64,000 bases of DNA from an uncultured Aquiluna sp. (GCA_913775595.1 CAJYLB010000001.1:992001-1056000); one strand, 5' to 3'. Numbered from the stretch's first letter, positions 1 to 10,072 are shown. A program made the numbers and translations. Notes: generated by a model not told the origin, from the letters alone.

Positions 1-846
1 AACCTTCCCGTCGGTACCCAAAATCTCCTGAGGAGATGAGAAGAAGTGGAGGTGCAGCCTGCGTTCCTGAGGCTCCGCTGGATTCTCGCGCAGGTCCTCC
101 AGGGTCTTGACCATCACGCGAATCTGGTTGTTCGAGTCGATGGCCTCCTGAGAGCCCTCGTCATACTTGAAGTCCTCGTCATAGACGATTGCCTGCACGC
201 CTTCAACGTGAAGAGCTTCCCTGAGTTCAAGCGGGGAGAACTTCACCTGCGCCGGGCCCCTTCGGCCAAACACGTGGACATCTGTGACCGGAGATGCCTT
301 CAGGCCCTCATAGACGTGGTCTGGGATGTCAGTGGACAAAAGATCATCTGGTCGCTTCACCAAAATCCTCGCGACATCGAGAGCGACGTTGCCATTTCCG
401 ATCACTGCGACCTCTTTGGCCTCGAGAGGCCACTCAAGAGGAAAGTCAGGGTGTGCGTCATACCAGTTCACAAATTCGGCAGCCCCAAAGCTGCCCTCAA
501 GGTCGGCCCCTGGAATGTTTAGATCAGCATCCTTGATGGCGCCGGTTGCAAAGATCACTGCGTTGTAGTGCTGCTTGAGGTCATCAAGGGTGATGTCGAC
601 ACCGTACTTCACGTTGCCAAAGAAGCGGATGTCTCCGCGATCTAGCACCTCGAAGAGGGCCCTGATGATGCCCTTGATTCTCGGGTGGTCTGGCGCAACG
701 CCGTATCGGACAAGACCGTAAGGGGCTGGAAGCAGGTCAAAGAGGTCAATTGAGACGTCAAAGTCGCGCTCGGCCTTCAAGATAAGGTCCGATGCATAAA
801 TACCGGCAGGACCAGCACCAATAACTGCAAGACGAAGCTTGGACAT
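1..846 (-). CDS. fprA: Ferredoxin--NADP+ reductase (adrenodoxin reductase-like), truncated at window edge
   Basis: Manual translation from ATG at 846: MSKLRLAVIGAGPAGIYASD...APYGLVRYGVAPDHPRIK...VAVIGNGNVALDVAR. FAD and NADP motifs of the FprA/AdR family; open to position 1. Confidence 0.85.
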   Translation of the reverse strand, partial: MSKLRLAVIGAGPAGIYASDLILKAERDFDVSIDLFDLLPAPYGLVRYGVAPDHPRIKGIIRALFEVLDRGDIRFFGNVKYGVDITLDDLKQHYNAVIFATGAIKDADLNIPGADLEGSFGAAEFVNWYDAHPDFPLEWPLEAKEVAVIGNGNVALDVARILVKRPDDLLSTDIPDHVYEGLKASPVTDVHVFGRRGPAQVKFSPLELREALHVEGVQAIVYDEDFKYDEGSQEAIDSNNQIRVMVKTLEDLRENPAEPQERRLHLHFFSSPQEILGTDGKV

Positions 847-861
847 TTTCTCTTTCTAAAA

Positions 862-1851
862 CTAACCTTTGCGGTCAACCACAGCCCGGGCAAAAGCCTC
901 AAGCGCGGACTTCACGCTACCACTCGGGAGTGCCTGGAGCGCATCGATGGCCATCTCTGCCCAGCTGTCAGTGACCTCTTCCGCCTCTGCGATAACCGGA
1001 TGGTTTCGAAGTCGCTCAAGAACAGATGCAATATTTGCCTCGCTTGCTGAAGCAATATCTGCCGCCAGTTGCTTGGATTCGGCATCCTCATAACCTGAGA
1101 GAAGCAGGGCGGGAAGTGTTGGCACCCCGGCAAGAATGTCGGTTCCGGCCACCTTGCCAGAGTCTTTCTTTGATGCCCTGATATCGATCAGGTCATCGGC
1201 CAACTGGAACGCAATACCCACTCGCTCGCCATATAGCTGCAATGACTCCTGGAAAGATTCGTCGGCTCCTGATAACAGGGCACCCATGCGGGCAGAGAGC
1301 GCAATTAGGGAACCGGTCTTGTCCCGAACCACATCGAGGTAGTGCTGAAGCGGGTCTGCCTCCCCCGGTCCAATGGTCTCGTGGAGCTGACCTAAGACAA
1401 GTTGCTCAAAAACCTTTGCCTGTAGCTGCAAAGCATCAGTCCCAAGGTGGCTAACGATGTTCGCAGCCCTGGCGAAAAGTAGGTCTCCGGTAAGAATGGC
1501 AATGCTGTTCCCCCAGACCACGTGAGCCGCATCTACCCCGCGACGAGTAGATGCCTCGTCCATGACGTCATCGTGATAGAGCGTCGCCAGGTGAGTGACC
1601 TCCATGACCACGGCCGCATCCATGACCTCTGAGTTAGTTCCGGACCCTAGGTGTGATGTGAGGAGCACCAAAAGAGGCCTAAGTCGCTTGCCCCCAGCCT
1701 GTGCGAGGTGGTTAGACATCGTGTCCACGACACTGTCGGTTTGAGCTGTAGCCTCCTGAATTCTGTTCTCCACGACCTTCAGGTCGCTCTCGATTTGCTT
1801 GAGGAGTTTTGCGTCGCCAAGCTTTTGGAACTGCGGAGGTAGGAGAGCCAT
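862..1851 (-). CDS. hepT: Polyprenyl diphosphate synthase (menaquinone side chain)
   Basis: GGKRLRP, HDDVMDE (FARM), FQLADDLID (SARM); adjacent to menG. Confidence 0.88.
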   Translation of the reverse strand: MALLPPQFQKLGDAKLLKQIESDLKVVENRIQEATAQTDSVVDTMSNHLAQAGGKRLRPLLVLLTSHLGSGTNSEVMDAAVVMEVTHLATLYHDDVMDEASTRRGVDAAHVVWGNSIAILTGDLLFARAANIVSHLGTDALQLQAKVFEQLVLGQLHETIGPGEADPLQHYLDVVRDKTGSLIALSARMGALLSGADESFQESLQLYGERVGIAFQLADDLIDIRASKKDSGKVAGTDILAGVPTLPALLLSGYEDAESKQLAADIASASEANIASVLERLRNHPVIAEAEEVTDSWAEMAIDALQALPSGSVKSALEAFARAVVDRKG

Positions 1852-2540
1852 CAGTTTCTAAACCCAGTGTGGATGGCAACAATTCCAAAGGTCAGGTTTC
1901 GATATGAGACCTGGTCGAAACCAGCCGCCTCAATGTCCCTGGCAAGCTCATCTTGGTCTGGCCAAGCCTCAATTGAATCTGCCAGATAGCTATAGGCGGC
2001 AGGATTCTTGCTCAACAGCCGCGCAACAATCGGCAAGACGTTTCTCAAATACCACCGGTAGAGACGACCCAGGAGCCCCCGAACCTTAGAAAACTCGCAA
2101 ATAACCAGCCTGCCGCCAGGCATAAGCACCCTATGAAACTCTTTGAGTGCGACTTTGTGATCTTGAACATTTCGCAATCCAAAGGACATCGTCACCGCGT
2201 TGAACTCAGATTTTTTGAACGGAAGCTTCATTGCATCTGCAAAGACAAACTCGAGCTCGGGATAACGCTTTTTGCCCTCGGCAATCATGCCTCTAGAGAA
2301 GTCAGCCGCCACAACCTCGGCTCCCTCGACCCTTAGGGCCATCGAAGAGGTGCCGGTGCCGGCAGCAATGTCCAGTATCCGCTCCCCGTTCTTTGGTGCA
2401 ACGGCATTTCTGAGCGAGCGCCGCCAGAGCCTCGATTGATAAAGCGAGAGCAGATCGTTGGTCTTGTCGTAGGCCGAGGCGACCTCATCAAACATCGCGG
2501 AAACGCTGCTTGGGTCTTTTCCTAAATCGGCCCTGGTCAC
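1851..2540 (-). CDS. menG: Demethylmenaquinone methyltransferase (MenG/UbiE)
   Basis: AMFDEVASAYDKTND, ILDIAAGTG, FGLRNV, YLADSI; men cluster context. Confidence 0.93.
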   Translation of the reverse strand: MTRADLGKDPSSVSAMFDEVASAYDKTNDLLSLYQSRLWRRSLRNAVAPKNGERILDIAAGTGTSSMALRVEGAEVVAADFSRGMIAEGKKRYPELEFVFADAMKLPFKKSEFNAVTMSFGLRNVQDHKVALKEFHRVLMPGGRLVICEFSKVRGLLGRLYRWYLRNVLPIVARLLSKNPAAYSYLADSIEAWPDQDELARDIEAAGFDQVSYRNLTFGIVAIHTGFRN

Positions 2541-2558
2541 CTGCCAAGTCTAATCGGG

Positions 2559-2867
2559 CTAGGAATCGCCCCTGCCCTGAGTTGCAAGGGTATAGACCAC
2601 AAGTCCAACCGAGCCAAACATGAGTGCGACAACCAATGGCGTGGTGGCGTTCATGAATCTATCCGCTGGGGTCAGGGTTGTAATTTCAATCCGGTCTAGA
2701 TCAAGTGGCTCGGCAGCATTGGGGTCGACCTGCCCATTTACAACAACCGGCGGTATTACCTGCTCAATCTCATTGCCCTCGCGAGAAAGGTCGTCCTCGT
2801 CTGCCAGAGCGGGACCGGCGAGCATGAGCGAGCCCAGTAGCACGGCACCTGCGAGCGACCTAAACAT
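2559..2867 (-). CDS. Hypothetical exported protein with C-terminal membrane anchor
   Basis: Signal-peptide-like N-terminus ending ALA, acidic middle, C-terminal hydrophobic helix; GGAGG upstream. Confidence 0.6.
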   Translation of the reverse strand: MFRSLAGAVLLGSLMLAGPALADEDDLSREGNEIEQVIPPVVVNGQVDPNAAEPLDLDRIEITTLTPADRFMNATTPLVVALMFGSVGLVVYTLATQGRGDS

Positions 2868-2960
2868 TTGCCTCCGCCTAGACTTGAAAGGAATAAAAAG
2901 CCTAAAAGCAATGGCTCTATTCTTTCTGCACTCTCAGAGAACTGGAAGCTAGGAATCACT

Positions 2961-4145
2961 TTGTCCCTCAAGGTTCACATCCGGCCCGTTGCTGCGCCCA
3001 AGCCCCTTGAGCTGGGAGGGGCGAACGTTTTCCTCCACGAGGGCAAGCTCATAATCGGCTATGGAGTCGCGAAAAGACTCAGCTCCTCGGGCAAAGACCG
3101 CATTTCGCAACTAGCTAGTGCCTGGCAAGAGCTTGTTGAGGAAAGCGAGATAACCGACGAGGTCTCAATCCCGGGCTCTGGACTTTTAGGCCTGACCTCA
3201 ATCACCTTTTCCTCAAAGAGCGGAGCGGAGTCAGTGATTATCGTGCCGGCAAGGACACTCGTTATCCAGGAGGGACACTGCTATGAGGTCGTGGCAGGCC
3301 TGGGCGAGACCATGGAGTCTGGGACCCAGCCAAACGGACCATTCGTTGAGGGCGAGCAGAGCTCTGCAGCTTTTAGAGCCTCTGTTGAAAAGGCGATAAA
3401 GGAGATTCAGGGTGGCAGCCTTGAAAAGGTCGTCCTGGCAAGAGACCTCCTGCTCCCAGCGGAGGCAGACATCGACCTTGCGGGAGCACTAGAAAAACTC
3501 CACGAGCGATACCCCCACTGCTGGACCTACAAGGTGGAGTCGGTCTTTGGCGCCTCTCCCGAGCTTCTGATTCGCTCCGAGGGCGGAGAGGTGTCTGCGC
3601 GAGTCCTCGCCGGTACCGCTGGCCGCGGCACCGACCCAGACGTCGACAGGGCGATTGCAGATGGGCTCTCTCACTCGTTGAAGAACAAGCACGAACACTC
3701 CCTTGCCGTCGATTCTCTAGTAGAAGCGCTGGAGCCATACTGCTCTGTCATCGAGACAGATAGCGAGCCCTTTTCTCTCGCCTTGCCAGACCTTTGGCAC
3801 CTAGCAACAGATGTGAGAGGAAAGCTGAAGAGCAGCACCTCCCTGTTGGATGTCGTGGATGCCCTGCACCCGACTGCCGCTGTCGCCGGAACACCCACTG
3901 ATAAGGCAATGCAACTTATTGACAAGCTTGAACCATTTGATCGCGCTGGCTATGCGGGACCGGTCGGCTGGTTGAGCTCGGACGGCTCCGGCGAGATAGC
4001 GATCGCCCTCAGAGGCGGAGTGATTGAGCCGGGAGCTATCCGCGCTCTTGCGGGATCTGGGATTGTCGGGGAGTCAGACCCCGAGGCCGAGCTCAGTGAA
4101 ACCGAACTGAAATTTCGCGCCGTGCGCTGGGCCTTCAGCTCCTAG
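2961..4145 (+). CDS. menF: Isochorismate synthase
   Basis: KVVLARD, GASPELL, LAGT, LHPTAAVAGTP, YAGPVGW, AIALR. Start placed at TTG 2961 (ORF track extends to 2868). Confidence 0.9.
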   Translation: MSLKVHIRPVAAPKPLELGGANVFLHEGKLIIGYGVAKRLSSSGKDRISQLASAWQELVEESEITDEVSIPGSGLLGLTSITFSSKSGAESVIIVPARTLVIQEGHCYEVVAGLGETMESGTQPNGPFVEGEQSSAAFRASVEKAIKEIQGGSLEKVVLARDLLLPAEADIDLAGALEKLHERYPHCWTYKVESVFGASPELLIRSEGGEVSARVLAGTAGRGTDPDVDRAIADGLSHSLKNKHEHSLAVDSLVEALEPYCSVIETDSEPFSLALPDLWHLATDVRGKLKSSTSLLDVVDALHPTAAVAGTPTDKAMQLIDKLEPFDRAGYAGPVGWLSSDGSGEIAIALRGGVIEPGAIRALAGSGIVGESDPEAELSETELKFRAVRWAFSS

Positions 4146-5617
4146 AGCGCAAAATCGATCAGGACGTACCCGGTCTCGTCCCAGGCTGCCGCTAGTTGCT
4201 CGAGGCTCTCGCACCGAAAATACTTCCAGCCGTAGGCAGCAGCCAAAGCTGAAAAGTCAACCTCCTGCGGGGTTGCAAAGAGCCTTTCAAACGAGCTACT
4301 GGGTAGCTGATCGTGGACCTCGAGGCGAGTAAAGATATGGCCGCCGCTATCGTTTCCGACGATCAGGCGAACATTTAGCTGCCCCAGGTCACTTACGTTT
4401 AGACCGCCTGCATCATGCAACAAGGTCAAATCTCCAACTAGTGCAGTGACTTCACCCTTTTGCTGAGCGATGCCGATTGCCGTCGACACCGTGCCATCTA
4501 TGCCGGAGAGGCCGCGGTTTGAATAGACCTCCAGGTCCTTTGGCTTTACGACTCGGTCTGCGACCCGAATCAGATCTGATGCGCCGAAAAGTAGCCTGTC
4601 ACTTTTCTCCCAGACAAACTGAACAAGCTCGGCACGAGCATCAATCTCCGGCTCGCACCTCCAGCTCGCAAGCCACTCTGCGCCTGCTGCCGATGCGGGC
4701 AGAAGCCGGTCAGCGGAAGCGATCACATTGTCGAAAGGGTCAAACAGGCCGAAGCGGGAGTGATTGACATAAACCGAGCTTGCTGAAATCAGCTTTTGGA
4801 TAGGCCTCGACAGCGTTGGCTTCCCAAACACGACTACCTTGCGAACCTGGTCACCCAGGTCTTCAAGCGCTGCGATGTAGTCAACGATTGCGTTTGGCCC
4901 ACTTCGCTCGCCTGAGCTTGGCTCGGCCAACAGTGGCAGGCCTGCTTTCTCTGCAAACTCTCTCGCTCCCTCGCCTCCGGCACCGGCAATCACGACGGTG
5001 TGCTCATCGACCGGGACCTCGAGCTCAGCCACATCACCCGAGGTAACAGGTGGGAGCGGGTCCGAGTTTGCAAGGACCTCCGTTGCAGTTGGAGATGAGG
5101 AACTGAGTGGCAGATCAAACTGGAGGTTCAGCTGAACAGGACCCTGTTTGTTTACCGAGGCCTGGACTGCCGAACGCGCAAACTTGGCAGCAACCGCTGG
5201 GTCATCTGCCTCAAGATCGAATTCGGCGACGGTGGCGCTTGCGAAAATGCCCTGCTGCAACGTGGTCTGGTTGGCTCCTTTGCCTCTGAGTCTTGCGGGT
5301 CTGTCAGCGGTTAGGAGAATAAGTGGAATGCCCGCATGGAAGGCTTCTAGGACCGCGGGGTGGAGATTTGCAACTGCCGTTCCACTGGTAGTTATAACCG
5401 CAACCGGCTTACCCGAGGCCAACGAATTCCCAAGTGCCGTGAAGGCCATCGAGCGCTCATCGAGGCGCACCGTTAGCTTCGCCTTGCCAGCGCTCGCCAG
5501 CTGCTCGGCCGCAATTGCAAGAGCTTGTGATCTAGCCCCGGGAGATAGATAAAAGGATTCGACTCCGGAGGCAACAAGATTCGCCACCAGGCTGGCAGCA
5601 AAGTCTTGGCTAGTCAC
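4142..5617 (-). CDS. menD: SEPHCHC synthase (ThDP-dependent)
   Basis: SPGARS, DERS, TTSGTAVANLHPA, TADRP, NRGLSGIDG, GDLTLLHD. Confidence 0.95.
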   Translation of the reverse strand: MTSQDFAASLVANLVASGVESFYLSPGARSQALAIAAEQLASAGKAKLTVRLDERSMAFTALGNSLASGKPVAVITTSGTAVANLHPAVLEAFHAGIPLILLTADRPARLRGKGANQTTLQQGIFASATVAEFDLEADDPAVAAKFARSAVQASVNKQGPVQLNLQFDLPLSSSSPTATEVLANSDPLPPVTSGDVAELEVPVDEHTVVIAGAGGEGAREFAEKAGLPLLAEPSSGERSGPNAIVDYIAALEDLGDQVRKVVVFGKPTLSRPIQKLISASSVYVNHSRFGLFDPFDNVIASADRLLPASAAGAEWLASWRCEPEIDARAELVQFVWEKSDRLLFGASDLIRVADRVVKPKDLEVYSNRGLSGIDGTVSTAIGIAQQKGEVTALVGDLTLLHDAGGLNVSDLGQLNVRLIVGNDSGGHIFTRLEVHDQLPSSSFERLFATPQEVDFSALAAAYGWKYFRCESLEQLAAAWDETGYVLIDFAL

Positions 5618-5922
5618 TTCTTGTCGTCTTCATCATCCTTCTTGCGCATCTTCTTAGAAATGTCGCGCAAAAAGGTTGGGTCGTCATCTGGGGCAACCGT
5701 CTTACCTCGACCGCCCATGCCACCTTCGTCGCCCCGCCGGAGAGGACGACCGACCATGAGATATAGGAGTCCGCCGAAGAAAGGCACAATGATGCAGAGG
5801 ATTACCCAAAGCCACTTGGGCAGAGACCTGACCTCGTTCTTGTCAGCGCTGATGGCAAAAACAGTTGTGAAAACCATCCAGATAATCAAGAACGCAAGCG
5901 TTAGAAGTGCCACTCGTGTCAT
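5614..5922 (-). CDS. PLD nuclease N-terminal domain membrane protein
   Basis: VRSLPKWLWV...PFFGGLLYL and C-terminal APDDDPTFL typical of this actinobacterial family beside menD. Confidence 0.75.
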   Translation of the reverse strand: MTRVALLTLAFLIIWMVFTTVFAISADKNEVRSLPKWLWVILCIIVPFFGGLLYLMVGRPLRRGDEGGMGGRGKTVAPDDDPTFLRDISKKMRKKDDEDDKK

Positions 5923-5965
5923 AGGTTCAACCCTAGTTCGTTTCGCTTCCTCTTAGACTGGCTGT

Positions 5966-6277
5966 GTGAAAAACCCCTGGCTGAGCTACGTGCTGATACG
6001 CCTTGGGCTCTTCTTTGGAGTGTTTCTTACTCTCCTACTGCTCCAGTTCAACCCATATTTCGCCGCAATTATTGCAGCCGCGGTTTCTTTCGCAATTGCG
6101 CTGATTTTCCTAGATCGACAGCGCGATGCCATGAGTGCGGCTGTCTCCAAGAAGCTCGCGAGAGATAGCAGCGGTCGCTACCAAGACGCCGAGTCGAGCG
6201 AAGAAGACCGGATTCTGGACTCAGAAGCTGAAGCTCACGACGGCGATGCCGGTGCCGACAAGGACGGCAAAGCCTAA
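5966..6277 (+). CDS. DUF4229-like membrane protein
   Basis: YVLIRLGLF, two TM helices, acidic tail; usual neighbour of menA. Confidence 0.7.
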   Translation: MKNPWLSYVLIRLGLFFGVFLTLLLLQFNPYFAAIIAAAVSFAIALIFLDRQRDAMSAAVSKKLARDSSGRYQDAESSEEDRILDSEAEAHDGDAGADKDGKA

Positions 6278-7105
6278 TCCGGCAAAGGAAGTCAGCTTCA
6301 AAGCTGTAATTAGCTCTCCGGGATTCCTGCTCTCAAGAATGATGAGCGTTACCGGCAGCACCAGAAGCAGGTTGAGCATTCCAAGCAGTGCTGCGGGGTA
6401 GGCAAGCAAAATCAAAAAGTTCAGGGCAACTGGCAACCAGATCAGCAGCATAAAGATCGTCTTGGAGGCTTTTCTGCCTAGCCGAACCGCAAGCGTCTTC
6501 TTTCCTGCTGCAGCATCAGTATCGATGTCCCTGATGTTGTTCACCAACAAAACTGCAGTCGCATAAAACCCAAAGGCAATCCCTACCAGCACGGCCAGCG
6601 GATCGAGCACTCCGGTTTGCACGAAGTTTGTGCCAACGGTTGCGACAAGCCCAAAGAAAACAAATACCGCCACCTCGCCAAGCCCCGCGTAGCCATAGGG
6701 AGACTTGCCACCTGTGTAGAACCAGGCCGCCAAGACCGCAAGGGCCCCGACGCCTACCAACCACCAGTGTCCGCTAATAGCGACTATTGCTAGCCCCGCC
6801 AGCATGGCAATTCCGAAGGTTATGAAAGCGGCTCGCTTGACGGCATCTGGCCTTGCCATCCCGGAGGCGGTGATGCGCTGCGGGCCAACTCGATTGTCGT
6901 CTGTGCCGCGAATACCGTCAGAGTAATCATTTGCGTAGTTGACGCCAATCTGCAAGAACAACGAGACCACCAGAGCAAGAAGTGCCAGCACTAGGTCAAA
7001 GCGGTCCAGCGTGAAGGCAACGGCAGACCCCAGATAGACGGGTGCAACAGCTAGCGGGAGCGTGCGAACCCTGGCGCCGGTTATCCAGGTAGAAAACTTT
7101 GACAT
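6221..7105 (-). CDS. menA: 1,4-dihydroxy-2-naphthoate polyprenyltransferase
   Basis: GARVRTLPLA, NYANDYSDGIRGTD, NNIRDIDTD, GKKTLAVRLG; start ATG 7105. Confidence 0.95.
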   Translation of the reverse strand: MSKFSTWITGARVRTLPLAVAPVYLGSAVAFTLDRFDLVLALLALVVSLFLQIGVNYANDYSDGIRGTDDNRVGPQRITASGMARPDAVKRAAFITFGIAMLAGLAIVAISGHWWLVGVGALAVLAAWFYTGGKSPYGYAGLGEVAVFVFFGLVATVGTNFVQTGVLDPLAVLVGIAFGFYATAVLLVNNIRDIDTDAAAGKKTLAVRLGRKASKTIFMLLIWLPVALNFLILLAYPAALLGMLNLLLVLPVTLIILESRNPGELITALKLTSFAGLGFAVLVGTGIAVVSFSF

Positions 7106-7115
7106 CGCAAAAAGA

Positions 7116-8195
7116 CTAATCTGCCAATAGCTCGCGACAGGCAATCAAATCTGGCTTGCCTGACAGCAGCCTCGGAAGACTCTCCACGCGAATCACTTTT
7201 CTCGGCTTTGCAGCGTCCGATATGGCCTGGCTCAGCTGATCAAAAGATATTTCTGGACTTCCGGCGTAAACAAGACCGACAGACTCTCCCCACTCCGACT
7301 GGATGGAGCAAGCCGCCACCTCTTCAACACCCGCAATCTCGAGGGCGGCCTCCTCAACTCGCTCAAGAGCAACCTTGAGACCACCGGAGATAATTACCCG
7401 ATCGGCCCTTCCCAATACCTTGAGCCTGCCATCAACCATCTCTCCAAGATCGCTTGAGAGATAGCTGCCTCCGAGGCCATTTGCCAAGACCGGGCCAGAG
7501 ATTTCGATTCGGCCATCTCTGATCGCTATCCCCACACCATCGAGTGGCACCCCGTCATAGACGCAGCCCCCGGAGGTTTCTGCCATGCCATAGCTGAGGA
7601 CAATGTTGAGGCCTTTGGCTCTAAGCCCCTCAACTAGCGCGAAGTCAGCCGCCTGGCCTCCGACCAGGATCGCATCGAACTTCCTCAGGGTGGAAAACAG
7701 AAATGCATCGCTGTCAATCTCCGCGGCAATCCGTTGGAGCTGGGCAGGGACAACTGAGGTGTAGCGCCTTGAACCGTCAAGCAAGGACGCCCCTCTGACA
7801 AATGCCTCTGTGGTGAACGGAACCTGCGTGTTCATGATGACCGGCTGCGTGTCAGAGATCACAGACCTGATAAGGACGTTTGCGCCAGCGATAAATTGCG
7901 GGCTGAGGGCCATGAGCCATTGACCCGGTCCACCCAGTCTTGCCAATGATGCCTCGGCCGAGGCCTTGAGAGCATCCACCGATAACTCAATTTGCTTGGG
8001 GCTTCCGGTGGAGCCGGAGCTCTCAACAATCAACCCGACACTTTCATCGACCTCGAAAGGCATATCTAGCTCTGGCGCAACGCCATTGACCTCGGGAGCC
8101 GAAATAAATCCAGCGCAGCTTCCCTCAAGAACCTCTAGCATCAAATTGAGCGCGCCAAAGGTGTCGTTAGCAGGGACGACCTTAAGGTTTTTCAT
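7116..8195 (-). CDS. menE: o-succinylbenzoate--CoA ligase (short actinobacterial form)
   Basis: SSGSTGSPK, YGMAETSGGCVYDG, GRADRVIISGG, GKPD. Confidence 0.9.
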   Translation of the reverse strand: MKNLKVVPANDTFGALNLMLEVLEGSCAGFISAPEVNGVAPELDMPFEVDESVGLIVESSGSTGSPKQIELSVDALKASAEASLARLGGPGQWLMALSPQFIAGANVLIRSVISDTQPVIMNTQVPFTTEAFVRGASLLDGSRRYTSVVPAQLQRIAAEIDSDAFLFSTLRKFDAILVGGQAADFALVEGLRAKGLNIVLSYGMAETSGGCVYDGVPLDGVGIAIRDGRIEISGPVLANGLGGSYLSSDLGEMVDGRLKVLGRADRVIISGGLKVALERVEEAALEIAGVEEVAACSIQSEWGESVGLVYAGSPEISFDQLSQAISDAAKPRKVIRVESLPRLLSGKPDLIACRELLAD

Positions 8196-9080
8196 TTAGT
8201 AGTGCCAGGGGAAATCAGACCAGTTTGGTTGGCGCTTCTCCAGGAAAGCATCGCGGCCCTCTTTGGCCTCGGCAGTGCCGTAGGCGAGCCTCGTTGCTTC
8301 ACCCGCGAAAAGCTGCTGGCCGACCATGCCGTCATCTGCTGCATTCAGCGCATACTTGAGCATTCTGATTGCAGTTGGGCTCTTTGCAAGGATTTGCTCA
8401 GCGAACTCAAGCCCGGCATTTTCAAGCTCATCGTGATCAACAACCCTGTTCACAACACCCATCTCGAGTGCTCGCTGGGCGTCGTATTCCTCTCCCAGGA
8501 AGAAGATCTCCCTGGCAAACTTCTGCCCAACCTGTCTTGCCAAAAGCATTGAGCCGTACCCGGCATCAAAAGAACCAACATCAGCATCGGTCTGCTTGAA
8601 CCTGGCGTGTTGCTTGGAAGCTAATGACAGATCACAAACAACGTTGAGTGAGTGTCCGCCACCTGCGGTCCACCCTGAAACTAGTGCGATAACAACTTTC
8701 GGCATGAACCTGATGAGCCTCTGGACCTCAAGAATGTGGAGCCTGCCGGCAGAACCTGGTGAATACTCATAGCCGCTGTCTCCGCGGACTCTCTGGTCGC
8801 CCCCTGAGCAGAAGGCCCAGACCCCGTCCTTGGGAGATGGCCCGTTTCCAGTCAAGAGCACAACCCCAACATCGGAGAGCATGCGCGCGTGATCCAGTGC
8901 CCGGTAGAGCTCGTCAACGGTCTGAGGCCTAAAGGCATTTCTAACCTCGGGCCTCGAGAAGCCCACCCTCACAACCCCAAGTGAGCTGTGGCGGTGGTAG
9001 CTGATGTCCTCCAGGTCCTCAAAACCCGAAACCGAAACCCAATTTGAGGGCTCGAAAGGGGCGGCTGGAGAAAAGTTCAT
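8196..9080 (-). CDS. menB: 1,4-dihydroxy-2-naphthoyl-CoA synthase
   Basis: RNAFRPQT, FCSGGDQRVRG, GGGHSL, VGSFDAGYG. Confidence 0.96.
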   Translation of the reverse strand: MNFSPAAPFEPSNWVSVSGFEDLEDISYHRHSSLGVVRVGFSRPEVRNAFRPQTVDELYRALDHARMLSDVGVVLLTGNGPSPKDGVWAFCSGGDQRVRGDSGYEYSPGSAGRLHILEVQRLIRFMPKVVIALVSGWTAGGGHSLNVVCDLSLASKQHARFKQTDADVGSFDAGYGSMLLARQVGQKFAREIFFLGEEYDAQRALEMGVVNRVVDHDELENAGLEFAEQILAKSPTAIRMLKYALNAADDGMVGQQLFAGEATRLAYGTAEAKEGRDAFLEKRQPNWSDFPWHY

Positions 9081-9097
9081 ATGCCTAGACTAATCAA
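9081..9097. promoter_or_regulatory. Bidirectional leaderless promoter (overlapping -10 boxes) for menB and menC
   Basis: TAGACT (+, 9086-9091) and TAGTCT (-, 9092-9087), each exactly 6 nt from an ATG. Confidence 0.7.
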
Positions 9098-10072
9098 ATG
9101 CCGGCCGACCAGATATCCGACGTAGCGGTTGTAGCGCTGCCACTCAGGACTAAGTTCCGCGGCATCGTGGTTCGTGAGGCGCTTATTTTCCGTGGCAGCC
9201 AACGCTGGAGCGAGTTCAGTCCCTTTGTGGAATACGAAGACGAAGAGGCCTCTGGGTGGCTGGCGGGCGCCATCAGTTGGGCTAACGATCCCCTCCCCAG
9301 CACATTCAGAGCTGCGATTCCCGTAAACGCAACTCTCCCCGCTGTTGGTCCAGAGGACGTTGCAGATGTGCTGTCCCCGTTTGGCAGCTTTGGCTCGGTG
9401 AAGATAAAAGTTGCGGAAAAGGGGCACAGCCTCGCAGATGATGTTGCAAGGGCGCGCAAGGTCAGGGACCTATACCCCGACGCCAAGATTCGACTCGATG
9501 CGAATGCCGGCTACACCACAGAGGACACCATGGTGGTTGCAAGGGAGCTCAGAGACCTAGACCTCGAATACATCGAGCAGCCCGTGAAGACCATTGCCGA
9601 ATTGAAAGAACTTAGGACCTGGCTTGCAGAGGAACAGATACCCCTAAAAATCGCAGTTGACGAGTCAATCAGAAAGTCAACCGACCCGCTCTTGGTTGCC
9701 AGAGAGCAGGCCGCGGACATAGCCGTGATCAAGGTGCAGCCCCTTGGCGGCATCCGCAGAGCCATGGCTATCGCGAGCGAGAGCGGGCTGGAAATCGTGG
9801 TCAGCTCAGCTCTCGAGACCTCTATTGGTATTAGCCACGGACTTCACCTCGCTGCCGCAATGCCAAACCTGAATTACGACTGCGGCCTTGCGACCGCAAA
9901 GCTGCTTGGCGGCGATGTCGTAGCTGATCCGTTAGTGCCAATCGCTGGAGAGATTGAGCTGCGCGAGGTAAGCCCCAGTGAGGAGCTACTCGAGAAACAT
10001 GCAGCCAGTCAGGAGAGAAAGGCCTGGTGGCTCGAGAGGCTGGAGCGCTGCCTGAGGCTTCTAGAGTCCTGA
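9098..10072 (+). CDS. menC: o-succinylbenzoate synthase
   Basis: EFSPFVEY, PVNAT, KIKV, RLDANAG, YIEQP, DESIR, VSSALET. Confidence 0.94.
   Translation: MPADQISDVAVVALPLRTKFRGIVVREALIFRGSQRWSEFSPFVEYEDEEASGWLAGAISWANDPLPSTFRAAIPVNATLPAVGPEDVADVLSPFGSFGSVKIKVAEKGHSLADDVARARKVRDLYPDAKIRLDANAGYTTEDTMVVARELRDLDLEYIEQPVKTIAELKELRTWLAEEQIPLKIAVDESIRKSTDPLLVAREQAADIAVIKVQPLGGIRRAMAIASESGLEIVVSSALETSIGISHGLHLAAAMPNLNYDCGLATAKLLGGDVVADPLVPIAGEIELREVSPSEELLEKHAASQERKAWWLERLERCLRLLES

Noticed and set aside
46..568. Plus-strand ORFs of 80-158 aa
   Set aside because: Antisense shadows of the minus-strand FprA-like gene, which has clear family motifs.
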